Assembly: GCA_009914755.4 (NCBI GenBank)
Contig: CP086569.2
Span: forward strand, 23,808,001 to 23,872,000
DNA: 64,000 bases
Source of the DNA: the human T2T-CHM13v2.0 reference genome, Homo sapiens
Direction: 5' to 3'
Positions within the stretch are counted from its first letter, which is position 1. The number at the start of each line of letters is the position of its first letter. A model generated the notes under the pieces. It worked only from the letters and a program-made list of their open reading frames with translations, ran no database searches and was not told the origin of the DNA. This document shows positions 29,200-42,339 of the stretch, piece after piece. The translations under genes were made by a program, and so were the position numbers.

Positions 29200-29490
29200 C
29201 CCAGTTTAAGCTCACAGCCATGATGATCAAACTTATACTGGGATTCAGCCAATAGAAAATATTTGCCTTTCATTGTTAGGCTTGGGGCAATAGATAAGGT
29301 CCTGGGCTGCATATTTGTACCAAGCTCACAGAAACTTACACAACTAACTTACATTTTATAAACTCCTTTGTGGTAGAAATTTTTATAGCAGGGGCCAGCA
29401 AAAAGTTCAAATTGGGACTCTCGATTACACACCCAGGTGGAATTAAAAGTTGCCACCATCCCACATTTACAAAGCCCACAGTTGAGTCTT
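29200..29490. repeat. Truncated module C. Only the first ~290 bp are present.
   Basis: The C start 'ctcacagccatgatgatcaaacttatactgggattcagccaatagaaaatatttgcc' runs up to '...cacatttacaaagcccacagttgagtct'. It then joins sequence that normally precedes a module A ('tatacctaaacctttccgcaagtgtaattgtgacatat'). Confidence 0.7.
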
Positions 29491-30009
29491 ATACCTAAAC
29501 CTTTCCGCAAGTGTAATTGTGACATATATTGTATTTCAGTTCCTGAGTGATTTAATAATTCTGCCTAGATATAGCCTACAAAAGCGATTTTGACAAATAT
29601 CTTCATCAAGCACCTTGGTGATTTGACTGTGCTATCTAAAAAGTGTCCTCAGGCAAAATAGTCACATGTTTCTGGACCCATTATTTAGGGTATATGACTC
29701 TCCTCTTTGACCTGTACCCTGCTTCCTATAGTAATTGTACCTTTTCTAAACACTGCATTCAAATGACATGGCTCTCTTTTTTTGGAGAAACTCTCCTGTT
29801 GAGAGGCATTTTGACACATGCTTGAGCCCAGCTTTTAGGTCCTGTGACTCTCCTCTCCTGCCTAGACACAGCCCAAAATGAACATTGTGCAACAGAGTTG
29901 GATTTAGCACACAAGTTATGTGATATTTTGGACAAGACCCCTCCTGCAAAAAGAATACTGGAATATTTCTGGCCCAGCATTTAGGTGATGTGGCTGTTAG
30001 GCCTGATTC

Positions 30010-30390
30010 ATAACAACAGAACAAATTATAACAAATACCTAGGCAGGGCTTGCAGGAATAATAATGACTCTTATATGTGGACTCATCCAACAGAGAATAT
30101 TTTTACTCTTATAATTCAGTTTAGGGACATGCGTGATGTCCTGAATCACTTTCTTGTACAAACATCACAAAAGATTACAACACACACATTTTACAGAGTC
30201 TTTGGTTTATACAGAAAGAGTCAAAGCAGGGTTCAACTCAGGTGAAATTGTGAGTCTTGTATGCACACCCGCCTGACAGTAAGGACTGTCATCATCTCTC
30301 ATGGATGAAGTCAACTGTCACACATGAAAACAGGACATGTGTGGTATTGTAAATCACATCTTTGGAATTTTCTGACAGTGTGATTGTGAT
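30010..30390. repeat. Module A, subtype A2, copy.
   Basis: A2-specific sequence 'gcgtgatgtcctgaatcactttcttgtacaaacatcacaaaagattacaacacacacattttacagagtc'. Confidence 0.8.
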
Positions 30391-31689
30391 ATAAATCTTT
30401 GCTAAGCACCAGTGTAATTTGACTCTCCAGACTTGTTCCAGCCCATATGTGGGATTGTGATATCTACCTAGGCCAACCTCAAGGAGATGTGACTCTCCTG
30501 CCTGGGCCCTTCTCTCAGTAAGGATTGTACATATCACTGGATCTAGCATCCAGGTGATGTTCACATTCTTGCCTGTGCCACGCCAACCAAAATTATTGTG
30601 AACATATTTGTGTGTGCACCTCATAGGGATGAAACTCTGATCTCTGGAATGGGCCTTGCACAAAGGAAGGATGGTGACATATTGTGAAGCCAGGCATACA
30701 GCTGTGGGTACTTTTTGCCACAGCCATGCCCAAAGTAGGGCATTGTGACATATCTCTGCACCTATTACCTAGGTTAAGCGGCTCTCCTGCTTGGGCCCTG
30801 ACAACCTGGAGAATGACATATTTCTAGGCCAGGCACACAGGTGATGATACTCTTTTGCCAAGACTATGCTTCACAGGGGACTTTGTGACCTATCTCTTGG
30901 GCCAATAAACTAGTTTATGGGACTAAATGCTTTGGCCTCACACACATAGAGCATTGTGACATGAAAGTGAAACCTGAACCAAGGTGATGTAACTCTTTCA
31001 CCTTGGTTCTGAACTAATCGGGATTTGCAACATACCTTAGGACCCAGTACCCAGGTTATATGGCTCTTCTGTCTGGTTCTGCCCATGTGTTAGATTGAGA
31101 CATACACCTAAAGAAGCACCAATGAGACACCACTCTCCTCTTCTGCCTGAATTCTGCCTGACTTCTGCCTACTGGGGACATTGGGACATGTTTCTAAGCC
31201 CATGACCTAAGTGATATGACTCTCTTCCCTTGCCTCAGCCTTTAAAATGCTGAAATTGTGATGTATTTCTGAGACCAGGATTTAGGTTATGTGACTATTT
31301 CCTTTTTTCTGAACCATGCCCACAAAGGGAAAATTTCACCTATTGCACTCAGATGATGTTACTCTTCTGCTGCAGTCCTGAATAATGAGGGAGTGATTGC
31401 ATAATGGTAGGCCCAACACTCTAATGATGCTTCAGTCCCACCAGTGCCAGAGCCACAGAGGGCATTTTGACATATCTTCAGCCAAATCTGTAAGTGTTTT
31501 GGCTTTCATCCCTTGGTTGAGTTTCTTTTTTTAACAAGTAAAATTGTGTCATATTGCTAGGTCCAGCATCCAGATAACATGACCCTGCTTTCTGTATTCT
31601 GCCTAGAGACAGCACTGTGACATGCTGCGTGCCACAGCACCTAAGTGACATTACTCTTTTTGGTAATTTTTTGCCCACAAATGGGATTA

Positions 31690-32400
31690 TAAAATATACC
31701 TTGCTTCAGTTTACAGGTATGATGGTCAAACTTACATTGTGATTCAGCAAATAGAAGATATTTTGCCTCTCATCGCAAGGCTTAGGGCAATAGGTAAAAT
31801 CCTGGGTTGCGTATTTGAGGAAAGCTCACAGAACAATAATTAATATTGTATAAACTCCTTGGGTGGTACAGCGTTTCCTAACAAAGCCCAGCAAAAAGTT
31901 AAGATTGTGATTCTGAATTACACACACAATTGAAAGTAAAACTTGTCACCACCCCTCATTAAGAAAGCCCATTGCTGAGATACTGAGTCTAACAAGTAAA
32001 ACAGTACAAAGATGGAATTGTGACTCTCATTTGTGGATTTTGCCACAGGTGCAACCATCACTCATTTTTAGACCCAGCTCACAGGCATAAAAATAAGCCT
32101 CATTCCTGAACTAAGCATAAATGAGAGATACTGACTCTCATATCTGGGTTTAAGGCAATATATAATATTCAGAGTCAAAATGAGCATGTGGACCTCAGAG
32201 TAGTTTGTGAATCTCACGCATGTTGTATAAAACTCTCAGATGTTCTAGAGGATGTCATACAATGGCCCAGCACACACGTGACAATGTGACTTACATACAT
32301 ATGAGTTAACAGTTAAAGGTGTCACCCTAAAAGATGAGGAGATATTGTCATATCATTGGGCCTAGTACCCAGGTGTAAAAACTGCTTTGTTTCCCATGTG
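31690..32400. repeat. Module C copy.
   Basis: Carries the C-module landmarks. Confidence 0.8.
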
Positions 32401-32859
32401 TGCATTGTGACATATCGTTGGGTCAGAATCACAATAATGTGACTTTTTACTACTTGATCCTGCCAAGTAGGGATATTGTCACATATATCTGAGCCTATTT
32501 CTTGGGTGATTTGTCTATTTTGCTTCTGCTTTTTCACCAAAGAACATTGTGACATCATCGGTGATAACATCTAGGAAATGTGATTCTTCTCTCCTGCCTA
32601 GGTCCTGCCCACTAAAAGAATTGTGACATAACGCTGACTGCAAAAACTGGGTAATGCAACTCTCCTCTTTATTCTGGAGTCTGCCAAAACAAGGGATTAT
32701 CACATATTGCGGAGTCCAGCACCCAGGTGATGTGAGTCTTCTCTGTTTCTCTAAGATTATAATGTATCCTGAGCTCACCATCCAGGTGATGAGACTCTCC
32801 TGCTCTGTTTCTGCCCGCAGGTAAAATTTTGTCATATACCCAGCTTCAGATACCATGCA

Positions 32860-33370
32860 ATAATACAACTATCATACCTGGACCCAAAGAGGAGAGATAT
32901 TTTGATTCTCATTGCCATTCTTATGGCCACAAGCAAAGTAATGGTTCTCATAGTGGTATAAAGTTCACACAGTATTATGACACTCCCAGCGTATCATAGA
33001 AAATGTGAGTAGTACAATGAGTGTTATAACAGGGAACAGCAAACCAATGCTATTGTGATTATTGGATTCACACCCAGCTGACGCGACTATCATTCTCTCA
33101 CAAGAACAGAACCTGCAAATAAAGTACTAAATCTCACCAAAAGAGCAGTAAAAGATTGAAATTGTTCCTCTCATATGTGGATCTGACTCACAGGTGGTTT
33201 GGGGTTGCATGGTTCAGCACATCTGTGAGGCTGGGACTCTCCCCCTGGAATGCAGTTATCAAGTGGGATTGCCATCTTCTACATGGATTATGCCCATTGT
33301 TTAGATTGTGTCTCCTCTGTTTCGACCCAACTCACAGAAGGTGTTGACTTTCATACATAAAGCCAGGACT
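32860..33370. repeat. Module B copy.
   Basis: Carries the B-module landmarks. Confidence 0.8.
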
Positions 33371-34729
33371 TGTGTGGGGCTGTGAAACTTACTTCAGAAT
33401 ATTTCCTGGTGTATGATTAGGACTTAAAAGTTAGCCCAGGTCCTGAGTAATTTGACTCTCCTTTTTAGGCCATAACCCGAGATGAAATTGTGACATATGT
33501 GGACCAAAAACCTAAGCAAAGGTGCCTGGGCCTGCCTACAAATGTCACTTTTACATATCACTGGGATGAGCAGCCAGGAGATGTGTATTATTTGCTTGAT
33601 TCCTGCCTATATAAAGCATTGTGGCTTTTATCTAGGTCCATCATGTAAGTGACGTGACTCACTTCCACTGCCTTTGCCCTGTAATTATGGTGCATTGTGA
33701 CACATAACTGGATAGTACACTCAGAAAATGTGACACTCCATTCTGGGTTCTACAAACAGAAAGCTTTGTAACATATCACTTGGCTTAGCACTTAGGTGAT
33801 GTTTCTACTCTCCTACCTCACCCTGACCACAGGGGAGATTGTGACATATTGATAAACCCACCTCCAAGGTGAGGTCATTTTCATACTTTGGTTTTGCACC
33901 TAGTGGCCATTGTGACATATATCTAGGCCAATTGCCTAGATGTAGGTAAAGTGATTCTCCTCACCTTCTTAAGCCCTGCCCAACAGAAGAAATTTTGACA
34001 TATCACTGAAACCAGCTTCCAGGTGATATGCCTCTTCTTCCAGGGTCCTGGCCACAAGAAAGATTGTGACATCTCACTGGACCAGCACCCTCACAAGTGA
34101 TGTGACATTTCTGCTTGCTCTCTGTCCATAGACGATATCATGCCATATACTTGAGAGCAAACAAGAGGACTAATCATGACTGTTAGACCTGAAGCCAGGT
34201 CACATCAAAGATGGTGACTCCCATTGCTGAAACTTTCCACCAGTGTTATTGTGACATAGTCTATTTCCCATCTCTTGAGTGACTTAATCATCTTGCCTAA
34301 ATGTTGCCCACAAATGAGATTTGGACATATTACTCAGCTGAGCACCTTGGCAATTTGACTCTCCTGTCTTAAGAATATCCTCAGGAAGGATTGTAACATG
34401 GCTTTGGACCCCTCGTCTAGTTGTCTTACTCTCCTCTGCTGTCTGAACCCTCCTTCCACTGGGGATTCCAGCATCTCTAATCATGCCATCCAAATGATAT
34501 GACTCCATTTCCTGGTCCCTTCAACACGAGACATTGCGGCATATCTCTGGTCCTAGCATTTAGGTGATATGAGTCTCTTCTTCTGTCTGGAAACTGCCCA
34601 CAGGAGCATTGTGCCATATATCTGGGTGTAACCCCCAGTTTATGCAACTTTACTGCCAGGAGTATGCCTACAAGGAGAATATTAGAACATTTCTGGCTCA
34701 GCATTTAGTGTACTTGGCTGTCGTGCCTA

Positions 34730-35120
34730 TTTCATAAGCCACAATATAAATTGTTACATATACCTAGGTACAACTTAGAGACATGATAATGACCCTCATA
34801 TGTGGACCCCGTAAATACGGTTAATTCTGAGTCTCATAACTTGCTTCAGAAACATGAGAGATTAAATCACTTTCTGGTAAAAAAGAAGACAAGGAAGGTT
34901 ATAAGAGCCTCAGATGTTTTATAAACACCTTGGCCCATACAGAGAGTTTTATAACAGAACCCAAGAGAAAGGTGAAACTGTGAGTCTTATATGTGCACTC
35001 AGCTGACAGCAAGTACTGTCACCGTCTCACATATATGATGCCAACTGTCAATCATGAAAACAGGACATGTGTGGTATTATAAATCTCATCCTCAGAATTT
35101 TCTGCCAGTGTGAGTGATAT
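34730..35120. repeat. Module A copy, A2-like and degenerate.
   Basis: Retains 'gtgagtcttatatgtgcactcagctgacagcaagtactgtcaccgtctcacat...aacaggacatgtgtggtattataaatctcatcc', but the 5' half is diverged. Confidence 0.65.
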
Positions 35121-36539
35121 AAATCTTCGCCAAGCACCTGTGTGATTTTGTTCTCCAGACTTGTTCCAGTCCACATATGTTATTGTGATACCTACCTGGG
35201 CCAAACTTTAGGTGATGTGATGCTCCTGCCTCGGCCCTGCTGTCATTAAGAATCATGACATATCACTAGATCCAGCACCCAGGTCATGTTACATTTTTGC
35301 CTAAGCCATGCATAGAGAAATCACTGGGCCATACCACTGTGTCAACAACTTAGGCAACACAACTCTCCTTATTAGAATGGGCACAGCACTCAGTGGGTGA
35401 TAGTGACATGTGGCTGGGCCAGGCACAGAGGTGACAGGACTATTTTGCTAGTACCATGTCCTAAAGAGGGCATTGTGACAAATCTCTTGGCCTATCCTAG
35501 GTGATACTGCACTCCTGCTTGGGTACTGCTTACCTGGATAACAACATAATGCACAGAGGTGATGGTACTTTCTTGCTAGGGCCATGTCCTAAAGAGGTCA
35601 CTGTGACAAATCTCTGGGCCTATCAGCTAGATGATGTTGCTCTCCTGCTTGGGTCCTGCTTACCTGGATAGTGGACATATTGCTAGGCTACGCACATGGG
35701 TGATGGTACTCTTTCACCAGGGCCATGACTCAAGGAGGACATTGTGACATATCTCTCGGCCAGTCCCCTAGGTGATGTGACTCCCTGCTTCTGTCTTGCC
35801 CACATGGAGCATTGTGATATTTTTTTGTACTTATTTTTTGTAACTCTCTTTTCTGTGTCCTGTCTTAAGGAAGTCTTGTGACATATCTTAGGACCCAGCA
35901 TCAAGGTGATGTGACTCTTCTGCCTGGCTTCACCTCACATGTTAGATTGTGTCATATACCTAGGAAGCACCTAGGTGATATGACTCTTCTCTTCTGCATG
36001 AGTCCTGCCTACTTGGGACATTGGGCCATATATCTGAGCCTGTGTCTTAAGTGATGTGAATCTTTTTTTCTGCAAGAGCCTTTAGAATGGGGTGATGTGA
36101 TATACTGCTAGGCCCAATACTTAGGTAAATTGACTCCTTTTTTCCTGAACTATGCCCATGAAAAGGAACTTTGATGTATCACTGATCCCAGCATGAAGAT
36201 GACAGTTCTCTTGTTACTAGGTCCAGCATAAAGAGAGAATTATGGCATATTGCTGGGGCCCCCACCCTGATGATGTAACTCTTTTGCCTGTGCTAGAATA
36301 ACAAAGTATTTTTACATACCATGGGCCTATTCTGTAGGTAATCTTGTTCTCATCATTAGTATGCATTTCTTTTTCCTACATATTCTACATTTGGGTTTAT
36401 GTCTTATTGCTGAGTCCAGCACCCAGTTATCATAACCCCAATTTCTAGACCTGCATTGAGAGGGCCTTGTGATATATTGCTTGGCACAGCACCTAAGTAT
36501 GCTACCTTTCTGAAAAGTTTTTTTTTTTTTCTACAAATG

Positions 36540-37280
36540 GTATGAAATTTACATTCCTTCAATTCAGACGCATTATGATCAAGCTGAAATTGAAATTTCA
36601 CCAATAGTAGATGTTTTGCCTTTCATGGCTACACTTAGAACAATAGGTAAGGTTATGAGTTGCAAATTTGTACAAAGTTCACAGAAGGTTACAACAGTAA
36701 CACATAATCTATAAACTCCTTGGTTGGTACACAGAGTTTTATAACAGGGCCCAGTAAAAGTTAAGGTTTTGACTCTTGATTACACATGCAGGTGAGAGAA
36801 AAAGTTGTCAAAATCCCACATTTACAAAGCCCACTGTTGAAGTCCTGAGTCTAACAAGTAAATAAAGTACAAAGATGGAATTGTGACTTTCATATATGGA
36901 TCTTGCTACAGGTGAGATGGTAACTCACTTCTGGACCCACATCAGGGGCATAATAATGTGTCTTCTGTCTGAATCTAGCCTATAAGAGGAATGTTGCCTA
37001 TCATAACTGAGTTTAAAGCAGTATGTAAGATTGTGAGTCAATAGGAGCATGTAGGCCTCAGAATGGATTGCAACTCTCATGCATGTTGCTTAAAGCCTTT
37101 GTATGTTGTAGATTGTGTCATAGGATCACCCAGAATACACATGAGATTGTGACTCCTATATACTCACCAAACAGTCAAAGTTGTCACCCTAATAGATGAA
37201 GAGATTGTGCCATATCACGAGGCCTAGTACCTCTAGGTGTTGAGAATTTTAGGCTTAAATTCTTTTCCATGGTTGCATTG
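36540..37280. repeat. Module C copy.
   Basis: Carries the C-module landmarks. Confidence 0.8.
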
Positions 37281-37789
37281 TAAAACATCCCTTGCTTAGA
37301 ATCATAATAGTTTAACCCTCTGCTTGGACCCTGACAACAGGGGATATGATCACATGTCTTTAGGCCTATCAGCTAAGTGGTGTGTCTCTCCTGCCAGTGC
37401 CCTGCCCACAAAGGACACTGTGACATATCACTAGATAAAGCATCTAGGTAATGTGAATCTCCTCTCCTGCTGAATCCTGCCCACTGAAGAAATTGTGACA
37501 TACCACTGAGTGAAAAACCTAGGTGATGTGACTCTCCCCTTTGTCCTGGGCTCTGCCAAGAGAGTCCGAGAAGATGTGCTGAGCCCAGTCCTTAGAGAAT
37601 TTGACTATCCACTTTTTTTAATCCCTGTATTCAGTAGGCATGATGACATATTATTTGAGAGTGTACCCAGGTGATATGATTCTTCTGACTGAGTCCTGCC
37701 TACAGTGCAGAATAAAATGTATCCCTGGATCAGAATCCAGATGATGAGACTCTTCTGTCTTGTCTCTGTCCAAAGGTGAATTTGGGACA

Positions 37790-38290
37790 TATACCTGGAT
37801 TCAGCTCACATGCACAATAATAACTCTATGGCCATGGGTAGAGTTCTATATTACCCACCTCTAAGAATACACAGAAAAGTATCCCACTCAGGCATATCGT
37901 ATAAAGCCTGAGTGGTACAAAGAGTGTCATAACAGGCACCCAAAACCAGGTGGTATTGTGACTCTTGAATGCACACCAAGCTGACACAATTGTTATTCTC
38001 ACACATGAACAGAGCCTACCAATGCAGTGCTAAATCTCACACACATAAGACTTGAAACTGTTACACTTGTACGTGAATCTGATCCACAGGTGTTTGATGG
38101 CATTGGAACCATGATTAAGTAGAACTGTGGTGCTGTGTCTCTCTTATTAGAACACAGTCTTCGGGTGGGATTGGGGCTCTTACACATGGATCTTCCCATT
38201 GCTGAGATTGTGACTCCTGTACTACAACCCAACTCGTAGAATGTGTTGATTCGCATACTCAAAGCTCGGACTTGAGTGAACTGAAAATTA
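37790..38290. repeat. Module B copy, truncated at its 5' end.
   Basis: The sequence jumps from 'aataataactct' directly to 'atggccatgggtagag', skipping about 50 bp of the B start. Confidence 0.75.
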
Positions 38291-39624
38291 TTTCTGAACC
38301 TTCTTGAAAGTATGATTGGGTCATGCAACCCTTCCCAGCATATGAGTAATTTGATGCACATTTCTAGGCCCAGACCACAGATGAAATTTTGCCATATGCG
38401 GAACAAGCCCCTAATCAATATATAACATCATCCTTGTCTCTGCCTATAAGGGGCACTTTTATATATCACTGGGACCGTCACCCAGGTGATGTGATTTACC
38501 TGCCTGAAAACTGCCTAAAAAGAGAATTGTGTCTTACATTTAGGTCCATCACATAAGTGATGTCACTCTCTTCTACTGTCTTGGCCCTGCAGTTACAGAG
38601 CACTGTGACACATAACAGGCTACTGCACCCAGGAGATGTGATTTTTTGGGGGGTTCTGCCAACATAGTAACATACCACTTGGCTCAGCACCTGGGTGATG
38701 TTTCTTCACTTTTCATTGTGTCCTGACCACAGGGAGCTTGGGACATATTCCTGGGTACAGCACCAAGGTGAGGGCACTCTTTAGCCTTCTTACTGCAGTT
38801 AATGGTCATTGTGACATAATCTAGGCCAATTTCCTAGATGAAGTGAGTCTTCTCTCATGCCAAAGTCCTTCCCACAGAGGGCTTTTTAAAAATATATCAC
38901 TGAAACCAGCATCCAAGTGATCTGACAATTCTGCAAGGGTTTTGCCCACCAGGTGGATTGCAACATCTCACTGGACCTGCACCCATGTAGGTGATGTGAG
39001 TTTCTTGCCTTCTTTCTGGCCACAGGTGATATTGTGTCATATACCTGAGACCAAAACAAAAGCCTAATAACAACTCATATGTTTGGAGCCAGGACATGTG
39101 CAGGATGGTGACTGTAATTCCTAAATCTTTCCACAAGTGAAATTGTGACACATACCTTTGTCCAGCTCCAGAGAGATTTAATAATTCTTCCTAGGTATAG
39201 CCCACAAATCAGATTTTGACAAATACCTGGCCAAGTAACTTGATGATTTTACCGTGCTATTTTAACAATGGCCTCAGGAGGGATTGTATCATATTTCTGA
39301 ACACATCATCTAGGTTACATGATTCTCCTCTCCTGCCTGTACCCTGCTTACTTTGGTAATTGTAGCATTTCTAAACACTGCATCTAAATGATACGACTCT
39401 CTTTCCTGGGCCCTGTCAACAGGAGGCATTTTGACATATTTTGGGGCCTATCATTTAGGTGATATTACTCTCCTCTTCTTCCTGGACACTACCCACAAGG
39501 GACATTGTGCCACAGAGCTGGACCCAGCACACAAGTCATGTGGCATTTCTGACAGGACCCTGTCTACAAAGATAATATTGAAATATTTCAGGCCCAGAAT
39601 TTAGGTGATGAGGCTGTTCTGCCT

Positions 39625-40010
39625 GCTTCATAACCACTCATGGAATTGTAACATATACCTACGCAAGGCTCGCAGGAATGATAACGACTCTTAGATGTGA
39701 ACTCAGCAAATAGAGAATATTTAGGCTCTTATAACTAGGTGTAGGGACATGTGTGATATCATGGATCACATTCTTGTACAAACATCACAAAAGATTACAA
39801 CATTGACACATACTTTTATAGAGTCTTTGGGTTATACAAGCAGAACCAATGTAGCACTCAGCACACAGGTGAAATTGTGAGTCCTGTATGCAAACCCAGC
39901 TGACAGAAATAACTGTCATCATCCCACATGGTTGCAGCCAACTGTCACACGTAAAAACAGGACATGTGTGGTATCATAAAACTCACCTTTGACATTTTCT
40001 GACAGTGTGA
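39625..40010. repeat. Module A, subtype A2, copy.
   Basis: A2-specific sequence 'gtgatatcatggatcacattcttgtacaaacatcacaaaagattacaacattgacacatacttttatagagtc'. Confidence 0.8.
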
Positions 40011-41319
40011 TTGTGATATACATATTTGCCAAGCACCTGTGTAGTTGGACTTTCCAGAATGGTCCCAGTTTATATATGAAATTGTGATATCTAGCTGGGT
40101 CAGCCTCAAGGGGATATGACTGCCATGCCTGGGCTCTTCTCTCAGTAAGTGTTGTGACAGATCACTGGATCTAGCAGCCAGGTGATGTTACATTCTTGCC
40201 TGTGCCATGTCCACAAAAATTACTGTGACATATTCCTGTGTCCACCTCATAGGTGATGTAACTCTCTTCTTTGGAATGGGCCCTGCCCGAAGGAAGGATA
40301 GTGACATATTGCAATGCCAGTCACACAGGTGAGGGTATTCTTTTGCCAGAGCCATGCTGAAAGTAGGGCACTGTGACATATCTCTAGGCCTGTCACCTAA
40401 GTTATGTGGCTCTCCGGCTTGGGCCCTGCCAACCTGGAGAGTGACATATTTCTAGGCCAGGCACACAGGTGAGGGTACTCTTTAGCCAGGGCTGTGCTTC
40501 ATAGAGGACACTGTGACACGTCTCTTCAGCTATCACCTGGTTGAAGTGACTCCCTCTCTGGGATCTACTCACATGGAGCATTGTGGAATAAGCAGAGAAT
40601 TTGTACCTCATTTATGTAACTCCCTTTCCTGGATGATATCCTAAGACAGCCTTGTGACATATCTCAGGACCCAGCACCCAAGGGACGTGGCTCCTCTACC
40701 TTGTTTCTGCTTACATGTTACATTATGCATATTTGAAGGGAAGCACCCAGGTGATATGACTTTCCTCGTCTCAATGAGCCCTGCCTACTGGAAACATTTG
40801 GACATATTTCTGAGCCCATGATCTAAAAATGTGACTCTATTTTTCTGCCTGGGGCTTCACATTAAGAGGATTTTGGCACATTGCTGATCCCAGCACGCAG
40901 AATATGTGACTCTCCTCTTGTTCCCGAGCCATGCCCACAAAAAAAGAATTTGGACCTATTGCAGGGCCCAGCATCCCGATGATGTTACTCACCTGCCTGG
41001 GTTTTGCACAAAGAAGAAACTATGGCATATTGCATATTGATAAGCCCAGCATCCTTATGATGTGACTCTCCGGCCTGTGTTGGAGCCACTGAAGGTATTT
41101 TGACATATCTTCAGCCCATAATGCAGATGTTTTGGCTCTCCTAACTTGGCTGGGTATTTTCTACATGTGAGATGTTGTCATATTGCTGGCTCCAGCACCC
41201 GGTTATTGTGACCTAATATCCCCTATACCCTGCCTGAAGAAGGCAATTTGACATATTGCCTGGCACACCATATAAGTGATGTTTCCCTCCTGCATACTTA
41301 TTTGGCCACATATGGGATT

Positions 41320-42060
41320 ATGACATATATCTTGCTTTTAGTTCACAGGCATGATGATCAAACTTATTTTGGGATTCAGCCAATAGGAGATATTTTACCT
41401 CTCATCATTAGGCTTAGGGCAATAGGTAAGTTCCTGGGTTACATATTTCTACCAAGGTCATAGAAGCTTAACACTGAGTTATATTTTTTCAAACTCTTTG
41501 GTGGTAGAATGTTTCATAACAGGGCCCAGCAAAAAGTTCAGATTGAGACTCCTGGTTACACACCCAGGTGAAATCAAAAGTTGTCATCATCCAACGTTTA
41601 CAATGTCCAAGGTTGAGGTCCTGAGTCTAACAGGGAATACAGCACAAAGTTGGAGGTTTGACTTTTATATGTTAATCTGACAAAAGTTGGGATGGTGACT
41701 CATTTCTGGACCCAGCCCACTGGCATAATAATGGGTCTTCCTCCCTAACCCTGCCTATAGGGAGATGATGACTATCAAACCTGAGTTTAGGGCCATATGT
41801 AAGATTGTGAGTCCATAGGAGCATGTAGTCCTCAGAGAGCTTTGCAATTCTTATGCAGGTTTATAAAACCCTCAGCTCCTGTAGACAGTGTTGTATATTG
41901 GCCCAGCACACATGTGAAATTGTGACGCTAATATACATATTCAGGTAAAAGTTAAAACTGTCACTCTCAAAGATGAGGAGATTGTGTCATACGACTGGAC
42001 ATAGTATGCAGGTGTTGAGACTTTTTGGCTCATATTCCTTTCCATGGGTTTATTGTTACA
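41320..42060. repeat. Module C copy. It is the last one before the array boundary.
   Basis: Carries the C-module landmarks. Confidence 0.8.
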
Positions 42061-42339
42061 TGTCAATGGGACAGAATCATAATAACTTGACTCTTCTGCC
42101 TGGGCCCTGTCAACAGGGGATATTATTACATATTTCTGGTCTTTTCGGCTAGGTGATGTGTCTCTCCAGCCTCTGTCCCGCACCCAGAGGACATTTTGAA
42201 ATATCACTCTGCTCTCCTGCCTGGGTCTTGCTTATTGAAATGTAACTCCGCTCTCTTGCCTGGGTCTTGCTTATTGAAGGAATTGCGACATATGGCTGAA
42301 TGCAAAACCTAGGTGATGTCTCTCCTGTCTATTCAAGAG

